From the human T2T-CHM13v2.0 reference genome, Homo sapiens: a stretch of 64,000 nt of DNA. The stretch lies in the NCBI RefSeq assembly GCF_009914755.1, contig NC_060935.1. The stretch is one strand, 5' to 3'. Positions within the stretch are counted from its first letter, which is position 1. Each line of letters opens with the position of its first letter. The notes beneath the pieces were generated by a model. The model ran no database searches. It had not been told where the DNA came from and saw nothing but the letters and a program-made list of their open reading frames with translations. Position numbers and translations under genes: made by a program. This document shows positions 1 to 20,134 of the stretch, piece by piece.

Positions 1-304
1 ATACTATATTCATGCAGTGCAATGTATTTCCATAAAAAAATGTGTCCCTCCTAACTGGGGCTTTGTACCCTTTGACTATCATCTCCCCATTCCTTCCACC
101 ACCATACCAAGCCTGTGCTAACCATCATTCTACTCTGCTTCTTTAAGTTTGTTTGGATTTCATATGTAAGTGACAATGTGCAGTATTTATCTTAATGTGC
201 CTGGCTTATTTCAATTAGCATAATGTTCTCCAATTCCATCCATGTCACAAATGACAAAATTTCTTTTTCAAAAAAGCTGAATATTATTCCAACATGTATA
301 TATA

Positions 305-537
305 CATTTGAGCATCCCTAATCCAAGAATCTAAAATCTAAAATGCTCCAAATTCCAAAACTACTTGAACAGCAACATGAAAGTTAAAGGAAAGGCTCTT
401 TGGAGAATTTTAGATTTCAGATTTTCAGTTTAGGAATGCTAAAACAGTAACTATAATGCAAATATAACCAAATCAAAAATTATGAAATCCCTAACTCTTC
501 TCGTCCCAAATATTTCGGATAGGGAATTCACAACCTG
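305..537. mobile_element. Tigger4a/MER46A-type DNA transposon MITE
   Basis: Degenerate TIRs CATTTGAGCATCCCTA ... TAGGGAATTCACAACCTG, flanked by TA (303-304, 538-539). Internal aaatct/aaatgctcc repeats. Confidence 0.8.
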
Positions 538-832
538 TACTAGATTTTCTTTATCCGTTTATTTGTTGATGGATTTTTAGGTAACTAGGTTGATTTTATA
601 ACTCAGCTGCTGTGAATATTGCTACAATTAATATGAGAGTGCAGGCATCTCTCTGACATAATTATTTAAAATCTATTGAGTAAATATCCAGAAGAGGAAT
701 TACTGGATCATATGGCAATTCTGTTTTTAATTTTTTTGAGGAAACTCTATATAGTTTTAGGTAATGACTGTGCTAATTTAGCTTCCTACCAACTGTATAT
801 AAGGATTTTCTTTTCTCCATATCTTCATCATC

Positions 833-1196
833 TGTCTTTCTCTATTTGCATTGTTATAACAGAAGACCTGGGACTGAGTAATTTATACTAAACAGAAATT
901 TATTCGGCTCACAGTTCTGGAGGCTAAGAAGTCCAAGAGCATGGACCATTTGGTGAGGGTCTTAATGCTGTGCCTTCCCATGGCAGAAGATGGAAGGGCA
1001 AGAGAGAGCAAAAGCAGAGAGGGTCAAATTTACTTATTATCAGGAACTCACTCCCATAATAATATTAGGCATTAATTTATTAGGATGACAGAACTCTTCT
1101 GGTCTAATCACATCTTAAGTATCCCAAAAATTAGTACCTGCACAATGGCAATTACATTTTAACATGAGTTTTAAAGGAGACATTCAAACCATACCA
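833..1196 (-). mobile_element. MaLR solo LTR (MSTC/MSTD-like)
   Basis: TG...CA ends. Motifs ggctcacagttctggaggctaagaagtccaag and cattcaaaccatacca. Interrupts L1. Confidence 0.8.
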
Positions 1197-4100
1197 CCAC
1201 CATTTGTTAACTTTTATCTTTTTGATAATAGCAAGTCTTACAGGTATGAGAAAATATCTCACAGTGGTTTTAATTTGCTTTTCCCTAATAATTAGTGATG
1301 TTGAACATTTTTTGTATGTTGGCCATTTTAATGTCTTTGAAGGAATGTCTATTCAGGACCTTTCCCTATTTTTAAAATCTTTTTTTTTTTTTTATTTTAT
1401 AGAGTTGTTTTTCATTTGTATTTTAAATATAATGCCTTTATCGGATATGCTGCTTGCAAATATATTTTTCCCAACTCATAGCTTGTCTTGTCACTCATTT
1501 AATTATTTCCTTTGTTTTGCAGGAACTTTTTATTTTGATGTAATCCCATTTGTCTATTTTTGCTTTTGTTTCCTGTGTGTTGAGGGTAAAATTAAAAAAA
1601 AAAAAAGAATCATTGTTCAGGACAATGTTGTATAGTTTTCCCCCATGTTATCTTCTACCAGTTTCATAGTTTCAAGTCTTATGCTCGTTGTGTAATGTGA
1701 GTCTAATTTCATTTTTCTGCGTATGAATATTCCATTTTCCCAACACCATTTTCCCAATCCTTTTCCCAATGTATATTTGGGGCATCTTTTTCAAAAATCA
1801 ATTGCCTGTAGATGTGTGGGTTCATTCCTAGGCTCACTATTCTGTTTTATTGGTTAATTAGTCTATTTTTAAATATGCTTTTTAATTTACTACTGTTTTA
1901 TAGTATAGTTTTAAATCAGGTACTCTGATGCCTCCAGGTTTGTTCTTTTGGCTTATGATTGATTTGATTATTAGAGGTTTTTTGTAGTCCCATGTGAATT
2001 TTAGGATTGTTTTTCTATTTCTATGTAAAAAGACATTAGAGCACTCATAGGAATTGTATTGGATCTGTGAATTGTTTTGGGAAGTATAGCCATTGTAACA
2101 ATATTGATTCTTTCAAATAGTAAACATAGGGTATCTTTCTACTCATTTATGTCCTTTTCATTTTCTTAATTACTATCTTATAATTTTCAGTGTACAGGAC
2201 TTTTACCTTTTTTATTAAATTTATTTCTAAGTATTTTGGTTTTTTGTAACAATTGCAAATAAAATTGTTCTCTTGATTTCTTTTTCAGCATGTTCATTGT
2301 TAGAGTATAAAAATGTTCCTAATTTTTGTGCACTGATTTTGTATCCTGCAATCTTACTGTATGTGTTATTAGTTCTAACTATTTTGGATAAATCTTTTTG
2401 GTTTTTTATACATACATCCTGTCATCAACAAACAGCAAAAAAAATTCATTTCTTGTTTCCCTATTTTGGATGCCTTTTATTTCTTTGTCTTGCCTAATTT
2501 CTGTGGTAAAGACTTAGAATGTTGAATAGAAGTAGTGAGAGTGAGTATCCTTGTCATTTTTCTGGGTCGTAGAGGAAAGGGTTTCAATTTTTCATCATTG
2601 AGTACGTTAGATGTAAATTATCATATGTGGCCTTAATTTGTTGAGGTACATTCCTTCTATACCTAACATGGTGAGAGTTTTTATGTGAAACAATGTTGAA
2701 TTTTGTCAAGTGCTTTTTCTATGTCTAATGAGATGATCATTTGGTTGTTGTCCTTCATTCTGTTAAAGTGATGCATCACATTATTGATTTGCACTTGTCA
2801 AATCATCCTTGCATCCTAGAGATAAATCCCACTTGGTCATGTTGAATAATTGTTTCATGTGCTGTCAAATTTGGTTTGCTAGTATTTTGGTGAGGATTTG
2901 TTTGCATCTATGTTATTCAAGGCTATGGGCTGTCATTTTCTTTTCTTGTGATGTCTGTCTGGTTTTTGATTCAGAGTAATGCTAACCTTGTAAAACAAGT
3001 TGGAAAGTATTCATATTATGTTCTCATTTAATTTTTCTTTAAATGTTTGGTAGAATTTAACAGCAAACAGATCACATCTTGGGCTTTTCTTTAATGAAAG
3101 ACTTTATTGCTGAATATTTCATGCCCATTATTTGTCTCTTTAGGTTTTCAGTTTCTTCATCATTCAGCCTGGGTAGGTCATATGTTTCAAGGAAAATATC
3201 CCTTTCTTCTAGGTTATTCAATTTTTTGCATATAATTGTTCATAACAGTCTCTTACAATCCTTTGTATTTTTTGGTATTCATTATAATGTATTTTCTTTC
3301 ATTTCTGTTTTTTTTGTCTTCTATTTTTTCTTAGTTTATCTAAAGGTTTGTCAAGTTATCTTTTCAAAAAAAAATCAGTCCTTAGTTTTGCCAATATTTA
3401 TATTGTCTTACTCATCTTTATTTTATTTATTTATGCTCTCATTTTTATTATTATTTTCTTCTGCTGACTTTAGGATTAGTTTGTTCCTTTTCAATTTCTT
3501 TATGTGTGATGTTAGGTTATCTGTTTAAGCTCTTTCTTCTGTTTTATTGTAGGCATTTATTGCTATAAACTTCCCCTTGTAACTGCTTTTGCTGCATTCC
3601 ATATGTAATGATATATTGTATTGCAATTTTCTATTTTCTTAAGATATGCTTCAATTTTCCTCTTAATTTCTTCATTGATCCATTGATTGTTCAGGAGCGT
3701 GTTGTTTAATTTTCATTTACTTGTGTATTTTTTTAAAATTCTTCCCATTATTTATTTGCAGTTTCAGAATCATTTACTTAGTAACAGTACTTGATATTAT
3801 TTCAGTCTTTTAAAATTTGCTAGGACTTGTTTTGCTACATAACATGTGATCTATCCTGGATAATGTTCTATGTGCATTTGAAAAAAATGTGTATTCTGTC
3901 ACTACTGAGTGCAATGTTTCATACGTATCTGTTAGGTACATTTGATCTAAAGTATTGTTCAAGTCCAATGTTTCCTTATTAATTTTCTGTCTGGATAATC
4001 TATATATACCAAATGTGGTATATTGAAATATCCTACTGTTACTGAATTGCAATCTATCTCTCCCATTATATCCTTTAATATTTGTTTTATATATTTAGGT

Positions 4101-5265
4101 GCTCTAATTTGGGTGCATATGTATTTATAATTGTTACATCCTCTTGATGAATTGATCCCTTTATCATTATATAGTGTCCTTTTTTGTTCCTGTTTTACAC
4201 TTTTTCACTAAAAGTCTACTTTGTCTCATATTAGTATGGCTACCGCTGCTGCTTTTGGTTTTAATTGGTGTAGAATATCATTCCATCCTTTTACTTTCAC
4301 TTCTGTGTATCCTTTAAAGGGTAGTGAGTGTATTGTAGGCATTACATAGTTGGATCTTGTGTTTTTATTCTTTTTTTAAAATCCATGCAGCAGCTCTATA
4401 TCTTTTTTTTGGAAAATTCACTCAATTTATATTCAAAGTAATGATTGATATATAGGAAATCATTGGCAATAATAAAATGGCACATAAATTACAGAACCCA
4501 GCTAGGATCATTACTACCCATATTCAAGGCTCCCTTTGGCATATTTATTTACATATCGAGCCCAGAATACTTAACCTGATATCAGTAGCTATTTATTTAT
4601 TATTTTATTTTGACGTCAATGAATCATTTTCATTGTTTTATACAATGCACCACTTTACTGTCCCAAGGGTGGACAATTTGGGCTGCATTTTGCTGAAGAC
4701 TGTTTTCCCTGGTGATGCTTCTGTGGTTTAGTAAACCCAATCTTCCTACATACGGTACTGATGAGACTTTGCTTGAGCTTCTATTTGATGTGAGAGCCCA
4801 CACTCTCTCCTGGGGCTCACAAAACACTTGAATGAAGAAGAACATCTAGAGGGGAAGGAATCCCATTTATTATTGCATTAAAACTGTACCATACAGTGCT
4901 GAAGTATTAGCCTTAATTAGCTTAAAGGGGATTATAATCTTCCTTCACACTAAGTTAAACACTTCATAAATAAAAATAACGTTTGGTTTAATCTTTTAGA
5001 GACTTTATTTTTCTCATTTTTACTACCTGTTTTTTTTTTTTTCTTCCACTGATTATATTCATCCTATCCCTGTGGTAGAAATCCTTTAAACTAGTAAGCT
5101 CGAACATCTCAGTAATTTATTATTTGAGTGTACAGTGCCCCTTCCTCCAAAGGAAACTTGAGTAAAACAATTGGAAAGGTCTACTTCGAAATAAAAATGA
5201 GAAAGGGAGTAGTTGACGGAAAGGGAACAAATAGCTAAAGCAGTGTTTTAAAAACCTTTCTCTCT

Positions 5266-5563
5266 AGCGGGTTGCAGTGGCTCACGCCTGTAATCTCAGC
5301 ACTTGGAGGCCAAGGCGGGCAGATCACCTGAGCTCGGGAGTTCAAGACCAGTCAGGCCAACACAGCGAAACCCCGTCTCTACTAAAAATACAAATATTAG
5401 CCGGGTGTGGTGGCAGGCGCCTGTAATCCCAGCTACATGGGAGGCTGAGGCAAGGAGAATTTCTTGAACCCAGGAAGGAGAGGTTGCAGTGAGCCGAGAC
5501 TGCACCTCTGCACTCCAGCCTGGGCGACAGAGCGAGACTCCATCTCAAAGAAAAAAATAAAAA
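5266..5563 (+). mobile_element. AluS (Sq/Sx-like)
   Basis: Full dimeric Alu with A-tail. Degenerate TSD aaaaacctttctctct / aaaaatatctcttctctct. Confidence 0.95.
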
Positions 5564-6099
5564 GAGCAAAAAATATCTCTTCTCTCTGGATTACTGCTTC
5601 TATCAGAGGAGAATGAGGTTGTACCTCCCGTGGGTTTATGAGAACCCCTGGAAGAGACCGATTTCAAGTACATTTGTTTGAACTCTCAAGTTATTATTAA
5701 AGAAAGCAAATCCTGCATTCTGCTGTGTAACCTGGCTGATTACTATTATGTGTAATTAATACTTTAATTAAATTAACTATTATTACATTATACCAACAAC
5801 CTCTCCCCGCCAAAAGAATCTTACAATAAATATTGTTACAGAAACATTCCCCATGTTTATTCTGATACTTCAATAAACACCTAGCATGATAGAAAACACT
5901 TTAACTGCTTATTAAATAAGCAATCTTAGACATGGCCTTACTACATGAAACAACATTCCTAATATACATGGTACTGAGCCAGTAAACAATGCAGTTGTAT
6001 TTTTTAAGAATATGAGTTATAAAAATAAAATCACATACATTTTGAAATAATGAAAACCTTAAATCCTCTGCTCCTATGGTTAATACATTTTGGTTTTTT

Positions 6100-7370
6100 T
6101 TTTTTCAGTAATTTGTCAAATCTTTAGCCCATTTTACTATTTTTTTATTTTTAGAACCTTTATAAAATTTAAATATAAGAAGAATATTCACAGTTTTACA
6201 GTGAATTATGCTATAGATATGTTTCCTATATTGTTATTAAGCTTTTACTTTTTATAAGGCTGCCATGAAATATTTTTAAATCTAATCAAGCTCATATTTT
6301 TCTCTTTATCTGTTTGGAGTTTGCAAATTCACTGTACTTATTTGCTAGTACTCATATACTGCTGTTTACATGATTTCATTTGGGATTTAGCCTACTATAT
6401 AGTTTAAAGCATGGATTTATCACTTTCTATTTTCCACATGGCTATCCAGTAATCCCAACACCATTTATGAAAAAAGATTATCTTTTCCTCACCAATTTCA
6501 AGTTTGCCTTTAGCGTTTGTTAATTCCCATAGGAACTGAATTTATGTTTAAATTTTCCATTCTGTTCCTTTCATTATCTATCTGTGGGTATCTCTGCTGT
6601 TTTCCCCCCTTTCCTCAAACTTTTCAATGCTATTTTGCTTGATTGTCCTTCTAATAGGTTTTATAATTATATTGTCTACTTTCAAAGACAAAAATACTGA
6701 GGCTATTTTAATTGTGTTAAATGTATACATTAATTTAAGAAAAACTAATGATTTAATAATCTCAGATTATTTTATTCAATAACAAAATATTATAGTATAT
6801 TTGTTATATTTTAGTGTATTCTATAGTTTTAAAAATACAATTTTGGAAACTTCTTGATAAGTTTATGCCTAGGTGTTTTATGTTCCTTTTTGCTTTTTTA
6901 AATGAGATTTTCCTATTACGTTTTCTATCACTTATTCTGATTTTTATGTTTATATTCATATATATTTGTAAAGGTGTGCTACGCACACATTCATACATAA
7001 GAGAAGAAGAAAAAATATACCAATGAGCAATTTATGAGTAAAATAAGAAATTTAAACTTAAACACAATTTGTATCTATGTTCTCTTGTACGAAGTGTCCT
7101 ATAAATGCCAATTAGGTCAAGTTAGTTGATAGTGTTCTTTGGGACTTCTGTATCCTTATTGATTTTCTGTGCACATGTTCTGTTAGTTATTGAGAGGAGC
7201 ACAGAGGTTTCCATGTATAATTTCAGATTTACATATTTTTCTTTTCAGTTCTATTTGATTTTTTTTCATGTATTTGTAAGTTACATGCACATAGATAGGG
7301 TTGCTATTTTATCTTGGAGAATAGACACCCGTCTTTATCATTATGAAATGATACTGTGTTTCTAGTAATA
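6100..7370 (-). mobile_element. Highly diverged L1 (L1M/L1ME) ORF2 fragments
   Basis: Antisense L1 motifs such as ggctatccagtaatcccaacaccatttatg and attaggtcaagttagttgatagtg. Confidence 0.6.
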
Positions 7371-7587
7371 TATATGATATAGAGGACTAAATAAAGACAA
7401 TAGCATTGTGTATGCCAGATATGGTGTTAATAATACAAGTTGGGCATCAGTCTCAGTGAGACTGCTATTTTGTGATTGGTTTGGCTGATACTTTCTTTTC
7501 AAAAAAGCCAGAGTCAATTTTCATTCATTTTGTTAGCTTTCAATAAAATTTTACTATGCTCTCATAGAGATATTTAAATTATTGTAA

Positions 7588-8117
<530 letters not shown>

Positions 8118-8485
8118 AACCAAACAAAACCTAAGTTATCTTCCATATCAAAAACACAAGCAAAAGATGCATAAACTGATTAGATTATTTAGTGTCTGGA
8201 GAAAGAATGTACTGCTTCTGTTATGTTATTACTCACAATACCTCAAGTTACTATGAAACAAACGACAAAGAATCATAACACAATAAAGTTCATAGTACTT
8301 TACAATTCCCATGCTCAAATTATATTGGAAATACCTGTAATCTGTAGTTACGTTAACTCAAGAATTTTTGCAAAAAGCTGTGATCCTTACCCGGTCTGAC
8401 TACTGGCATTTTGAACTAGAAAGTACCTGACACTTCAAAATATACCCTATTTAAAAGGTCTATTTTGGCCTGTAACTGAACTTTA

Positions 8486-8702
8486 AACCACTGTGGAAAA
8501 CAGTGTGGAGATTCCTTAAAGAACTAAAAGTAGATCTACTATTTGATCCAGCAATCCCATTACTAGGTATCTACCCAGAAGAAAAGGAGTTATTATACAA
8601 AAAGACACTTGCACACGCAAGTTTATAGCAGCACAATTTGCAATTGCAAAACTATGGAACCTGCCCAAATGCCCATTAATTGACAAGCAGATAAAGAAAA
8701 TG

Positions 8703-8706
<4 letters not shown>
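8486..8706 (+). mobile_element. L1PB-type fragment (ORF2 end/3'UTR start)
   Basis: ccactgtggaaaacagtgtggagattccttaaagaactaaaagtagatctac ... gataaagaaaatgt, running into a (TA)n tract. Confidence 0.85.
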
Positions 8707-8747
<41 letters not shown>

Positions 8748-8805
8748 CAAGAAGTATGTGTGTGTACATATATATATGCATATATGTATATATAATATAT
8801 ATTAT
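8704..8805. repeat. (TA)n microsatellite and TA-rich tract
   Basis: About 20 perfect TA units at 8704-8743, then degenerate TA/TG. Confidence 0.95.
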
Positions 8806-8972
8806 ATAATGTTAACATCTCAACATGAATACCAAGCTAAGAATGGGTAACAAACTCTTATTAATCATATGACCACCAGAAGGTAGCTAATTAATCCAAC
8901 TAATATACAAAGCCTAGCACAAACATTAAAATTCTTAGTCATAACTTGAGCCAGTGCAACTAGATATTTCTC
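8806..8972 (+). repeat. Copy 2 of the local duplication (no Alu; empty site)
   Basis: ataatgttaacatctcaacatgaataccaagctaagaatgggtaacaaactcttattaatc...tagatatttctc. Confidence 0.95.
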
Positions 8973-9104
8973 TGTTGCATGTTTTTTTGACAAGGAATCA
9001 CTTCTATGCATTTACTTTTTTGTGGGAATTAATTTCTCACACCTCAAAATGAATATTCTAGATCTCAAATGGATATAGAGATGTAATAGAACTACTTTAT
9101 AAAA

Positions 9105-9600
<496 letters not shown>

Positions 9601-9605
<5 letters not shown>

Positions 9606-9886
9606 TGTGTGTATATATGTATATATATATATATATACATATATACACACACACACACACACACATATATACACCACTGTATACCATATATATATATATA
9701 CACACACACACACATATATACACCACTGTATACCATATATATGGTTTGTATATATATACATATATACAACATATATACACCATATATATACATATATACA
9801 TATATACACCATATATGTGGTATACACCATATATATGGTATACAGTGGCATATATATGGTGTATGTGTACATATATATTATATGTG

Positions 9887-9918
<32 letters not shown>
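9601..9918. repeat. Complex (TA)/(CA)/(TG) microsatellite with internal direct and inverted repeats
   Basis: Unit cacatatatacaccactgtataccatatata occurs twice. The reverse complement of its core (tatatatggtatacagtgg) is at ~9830-9848. Confidence 0.95.
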
Positions 9919-11199
9919 AATCTGTCTTTTAACAAAGAGAGCCATACTGAGCAAAAAGATGTATTGAATGATATGGATTGTTTATGGATGTTATTTTAGC
10001 CATAAGAGAAAGAATATCAATAGACTGAAGAATCAGCACAGATTTAGAAAAATGGATAAATCACACTAAAGAAACAACATGCTAGAGAACAAATATGGGA
10101 AACTCACCAAAAAGGGAGTGTAAAATATACTTCTCTAACTGAGGGAGAGTAGCACGGGGTAACTAAATGACAATAGCCTGAGATTTCATTAGTAGAAGCA
10201 CAGGAATAAACTTAAAAGACTTATTGTCCCTCTGGTCTTTGGAAATCTATAAATGGAGGGTATGATTTAAATTGGCGCTCTGTACCTTTGAAGATTCCAT
10301 ACATAAACAAAATCAGGCATACCCAGTAGTGCCATTTGTCAGAATTAGAAACCTATTAAACTTAGCTAAAATTGTAGTGGTGGGAGAAGAATTATTTAAA
10401 AATAACTCACAAAGAGGTGAAGCAAGATAGTGAAAGAGAAAGCTCCACTGATAGTCTCTTCTGCAAGGACACCAAGTTAACAACTATCTACACAGGAAAA
10501 AAAAAAACAAAACAACATAGGAATAAAAAATTAGGTGAGCACTCTCAGTACTTGGTTTTAATTTCATATTTCTGAAAGAGGCACTGAAAAAATAGAAAAA
10601 AAAAAAAACAGTAATGAATCACTGACATCACCCCTCCCCAACCCCTGGCTGGATGGGTGCTGAGGGAGGGAGAGCACAGCAATTGTGAGGCACTGAACTC
10701 AGTGCTATTCTGTTGAAGCAGAAAGGAAAACCAGATCACATTCAGCTGATGCCTGCCCACAGAGGGAGCATGTAAACTAGCACTAGCCGGAAGGGATTCG
10801 CACATCCCAGTGATTGTAAATCAAATGCCTGCAAACCTCACCACCTAGGGCCACAGTATTCCCAGTCTCTAAGTAAATTTGAAAGGCAATCTAGGCCATA
10901 AGGACTGAAACTCTTAGGCAAGTCTGAGGGGTAAACTAGGACAAGAGACAGTGGACTGTGGAGGCACACAACACACTTAGACACCAATTGGGGAAGCCAA
11001 GGCAGTGCTGGCATCACCCTTTGGGGGAGGGTCATGAACCCTCCCCTAAACCCAGGCTGCTCAGCTTGTGGCTCCAAAAGAGACCCCTTCCTTCTGCTTG
11101 ACAAGAGAGAGAGGAGTGGGGAGGGCTTTGTCTTGCATCTTGGATACCATCTCAGCCGCAGCAAGATAGAGCACCAATCGGAGTCATGGGGCTCCATTG

Positions 11200-11471
11200 C
11201 ATGTTATTGTTTCTTTTCTCTTCCTGCTTTTAGGATCCTTTTTTTATCCTTGACCTTGGGCAGTTTGATTGTTAATGCTTTGAGGTAGTAGTGTCTTTTG
11301 GGTTAAATCTTTTTGGTGTTTTATCACCTTCTTGTAGTTAGGTATTGATATCTTTCTCTTCTCTAGGTTTGGGAAATGTTCTGTTATTATCCCTTTGAAT
11401 AAACTTTCTACCCCTATCTCTTTCTCTACTTCCTCTTTAAGGCCAATGACAAGTTAATTTGTTCTACTGAG
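11200..11471 (-). mobile_element. Inverted fragment of host L1MA/L1M1 ORF1
   Basis: Antisense L1M1 ORF1-type sequence (gcttttaggatcc...ttattatccctttgaataaactttctacccctatc...cctctttaaggccaat) directly after the sense 5'UTR. Confidence 0.7.
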
Positions 11472-13655
<2,184 letters not shown>

Positions 13656-14896
13656 TTAAAAAGATAGTATTTGCCAGCCTCATGTTAACCTCAAACTAAA
13701 AAAAATACAATAAATACACAGAAAATAAAAATAAAAAACTAAAACATTTCACTAGAGAAAATCATCTTCACAAATTGAAAACAGAAAAACAAATTAGGAA
13801 GGGACCACAAGAAAAATGAAAACAAATAACAAAATGACAGGGGTAAGTCCTTTCTTATCAATAACAACATTGAATGTAAAGGGACTAAAGTCTCCAATCA
13901 AAAGATGTAGATTGCCTGAATGGATGAGTAAAAAAAAAAGTTCCATTGGCTAAAAGACACATATAGACAGGAAATAAAGGAATGTAAAAAGATATTCTAG
14001 GCCAATGGAACCCCCAAAAAAGCCAGTCACTATACTTGTATCAAACAAAAAAAGATTTCAAGAAAAAACTACAAGAAAAGACAAAGAAGGTAGTATATTA
14101 TGATAAAGGGATCAATTAATCAAGAGGTTATAACAATTTTAAATATATATGCATTCAACACTGGAGCACCCAGATATATAAAGGAAATATTATTAGAGCT
14201 GAAGAGAGAGATGGGCCATAGTAAAATGAGAGTTGGAGACTTCAACCCCCCACTTTTAGCATTTGATGAATCTTCCAGACAGAAAATCAACAAAGAAACA
14301 TCAAACTTAATCTGCAGTATGGACCAAGTTGATTTAATAGATATTTACAGAACATTTTATCCAAGCACTGCAGAATATACATTATTATTCTCAGCACATA
14401 GATTATTCTCAAAGATAGACCATAGGTTTGGTCACAAAACAAATTTTAAAACATTCAAAAATTTACATAATAATATTAAATATCTTCTCTAGACACAATG
14501 GAATAAAACTTGACATTAATAACAAGATAAATTTTAGAAACTATGCAAATACATGCAATTAAATAACATGCTTCTTAATGAACAGTGGGTGAATGAAGAA
14601 ATTAAGAAGGAAATTTAAAATTTTCTGGAAACATATGATAATGGCCACACAACTTACCAAAACCTGTGGGATACACTAAAAGTACTACTAAAAAAGAAAG
14701 ATTATAGCTGTAAGTCTGCAAGTGTCTATTCTACATCAAAAAAAAAAAAAAAAAAAAAACAGGAAAACTTCAAATAAACAGTCTAACAATGCATCCTAGA
14801 GAACCAGGAAAGCAAGAGAAACCCAAACTCCAAATTAGTAGAAGAAAAGAGATAATAAAGATTAGAGCAGAAATAAATAAAATAGAAATAAGAAAA

Positions 14897-17469
<2,573 letters not shown>

Positions 17470-18065
17470 AATACAGATAAATAAAACAAAATGTTGTTAT
17501 TTAGAAAAGTTAAAGAAAATTGACAAACCTTTAGCAAGACCAACAACAACAACAACAAAATATCCAAATAAAGTCAGAAATAAAAAGGAGACATTATAAC
17601 TGATAATGCAGAAATTCAAAGGATCATTAGTGGCTACTATGAGTGACCATATGCCAATAAATAGGAAAATCTAGAAGAAATGGAGAAATTCGTAGATTCA
17701 TAAAACCTACTAATATTGAACCAGGAAGAAATCCAGAACCTGAACAGGCCAATAACAGGCAATGAGATCAAAGTCCTAATAAAAAGTCTCCCAGTAAAGA
17801 AAAGCCTGGGACTTCATGGCTTTGCTGCAGAATTCTATTAAACATTTAAAGAAGAACGAATACCAATCCTAGTCAAACTACTCCAAAAAAATAGAGAAGG
17901 AGGGAATACTTCCAAACTGATTGTATCAGGCCAGTATTACCCTGAAACCAAACCCAAAGACATTTCAAAAAAAGAAAACTACAGGCCAATATCTCTGATG
18001 ACTATTGATGCAAAAATCCTCAACAAACCAAATTCAAAAATATGTTAAAGATCTTTCATTATGAC

Positions 18066-18417
18066 TGATATTGTTTGGCTGTGTTCCCACACAAATGTCA
18101 CCTTCAATAGTAGTTTTCATAATGGAGAGACCTGGTGGGAGGTAATTGAATCATGGGGTGGTTACCCCATGCTCATGATAGTGAGTGACTTCTCAAGAGA
18201 TCTGATGGTTTAATAAGGGGCTTTTTACCCTTTGCTCAGCACTAATTCGCCTTTCTGCTGTCATGTGAAGAGGGATGTGTTTGCTTCCCCTTCTGACTGT
18301 AGGTTCCCTGAGTTCTTCACAGCCATGCTGAACTGTAAGGCAATGAGACCTCTTTTCTTGATAAACTACCCAGTGTCAGATATGTCTCTATGAGCGGTGT
18401 GAGAACAGACTGACACA
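18066..18417 (+). mobile_element. THE1 (C/D-like) solo LTR
   Basis: tgatattgtttggctgtgttcccac...gagaacagactgacaca. Perfect 5-bp TSD ATGAC (18061-18065, 18418-18422). Confidence 0.92.
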
Positions 18418-19777
18418 ATGACCAATTGGAATGTATCCCAGGGATGCAAGGAAGGTTCAACCTACAAAATTCAATTAATGTGATATATCATATCAAAAGA
18501 ATGAAAGGTAAAAATCATATGATCATTTCAATTGATGTTGAAAAAGCAATTGATAAAATTCAACATCCCTTCATGATAAAAACCCTCAAAAAACTGAAGA
18601 TAGAAAGAACATACCTCAATATAATAAAAACTGTATATAGCAGAACTGTTGCAAGTGTCATCCTGAATGGCCAAAAAAATTGAAAGCCTTCTCTCTAAAA
18701 TCTGAGACATGACAAGGATGCCCACTCTCAACACTGTTCAACATAGTACTGGAAGTACTAGCTGGAGACATCAGACAAGAGAAAGATATAAAGAGCTTCT
18801 AAATTATAAAGGAAGGAGTCAAATTATCCTTGTTTGTAGATAATATGATCTTATATTTGAAAAAACCTAAAGACTCCACAAGAAAACTGTTAGAATTAAT
18901 GAACAAATTAAGTAAACTTGCAGGATACAAAATCAACACTCAAAAAACAGTAGCATTTCTATATGCCAACAGTGAACAATGTGAAAAAGAAATTTTAAAA
19001 GTAATTCCATTTACGATAGCCACACATACAATTAAATACCTAGCAATTAACTAAAGAAATGAAAAGTCTGTATAATAAACACTTTAAAACCCCAAGGAAA
19101 GAAATTGAAGAAGACACCAAAAAAGGAAAAATATTTCATGTTCATCAATTGGAAGAATCAATATTGTTTACATGTCCATACTACCCAAAGCAATCTACAG
19201 GTTCAATGGAATCACTGTAAAAATACAAGTAACATTCTGCAAAAAATAAAATTTTAAAAAATTCTAAATTTATATGGAACCACAAAAGACCCAGAATATC
19301 CAAAATTATCCTGAGCAAAAGAAAAAAACTGGAGGAATCACATACCCTGACTTGAAATTATAATATGGAGCTATGGTAACCAAAACAGCATGGTTCTGGC
19401 ATAAAAACAGATACATAGATAAATGGAACAGAATAGAGAACCAAGAAACGAATCCACACACCAACAATGAACTCATTTTCAACAAAGATGCCAAGGACAT
19501 ACACCAAGGAAGAGACAATCTCTTCAATAAATGATGCTAGAAAAACTGGATATCCACATGCAGAATAAAACTAGACCCCTATCTCTTTCCATATACAAAT
19601 ATCAAATCAAAATGAGTTAAATGCTTAAATCTAAGACCTTAGACTACTACAAGAAAACTTTGGAGAAGATCTCCAGGATACGGTTCTGGGCAAAAATTTA
19701 TTGAGCAAACCCAACAAGCATAGGCAACCAAAGAAAACCTGGACAAATGGAATCACAAGATAAAAAGCTCTGCACAG

Positions 19778-20134
<357 letters not shown>

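Larger units (their letters stand above)
1..4470 (-). mobile_element. Old LINE-1 (L1MA-type), 3'UTR through ORF2 endonuclease region, interrupted by Tigger4a and an MST LTR
   Basis: Antisense L1 3'UTR motifs (ctggcttatttcaattagcataatg). The minus ORF 3810-4052 reads like the ORF2 EN domain (SRQKINKETLDLNNTLDQMYLTD..EYTFFSNAHRTLSRIDHML). Confidence 0.88.
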
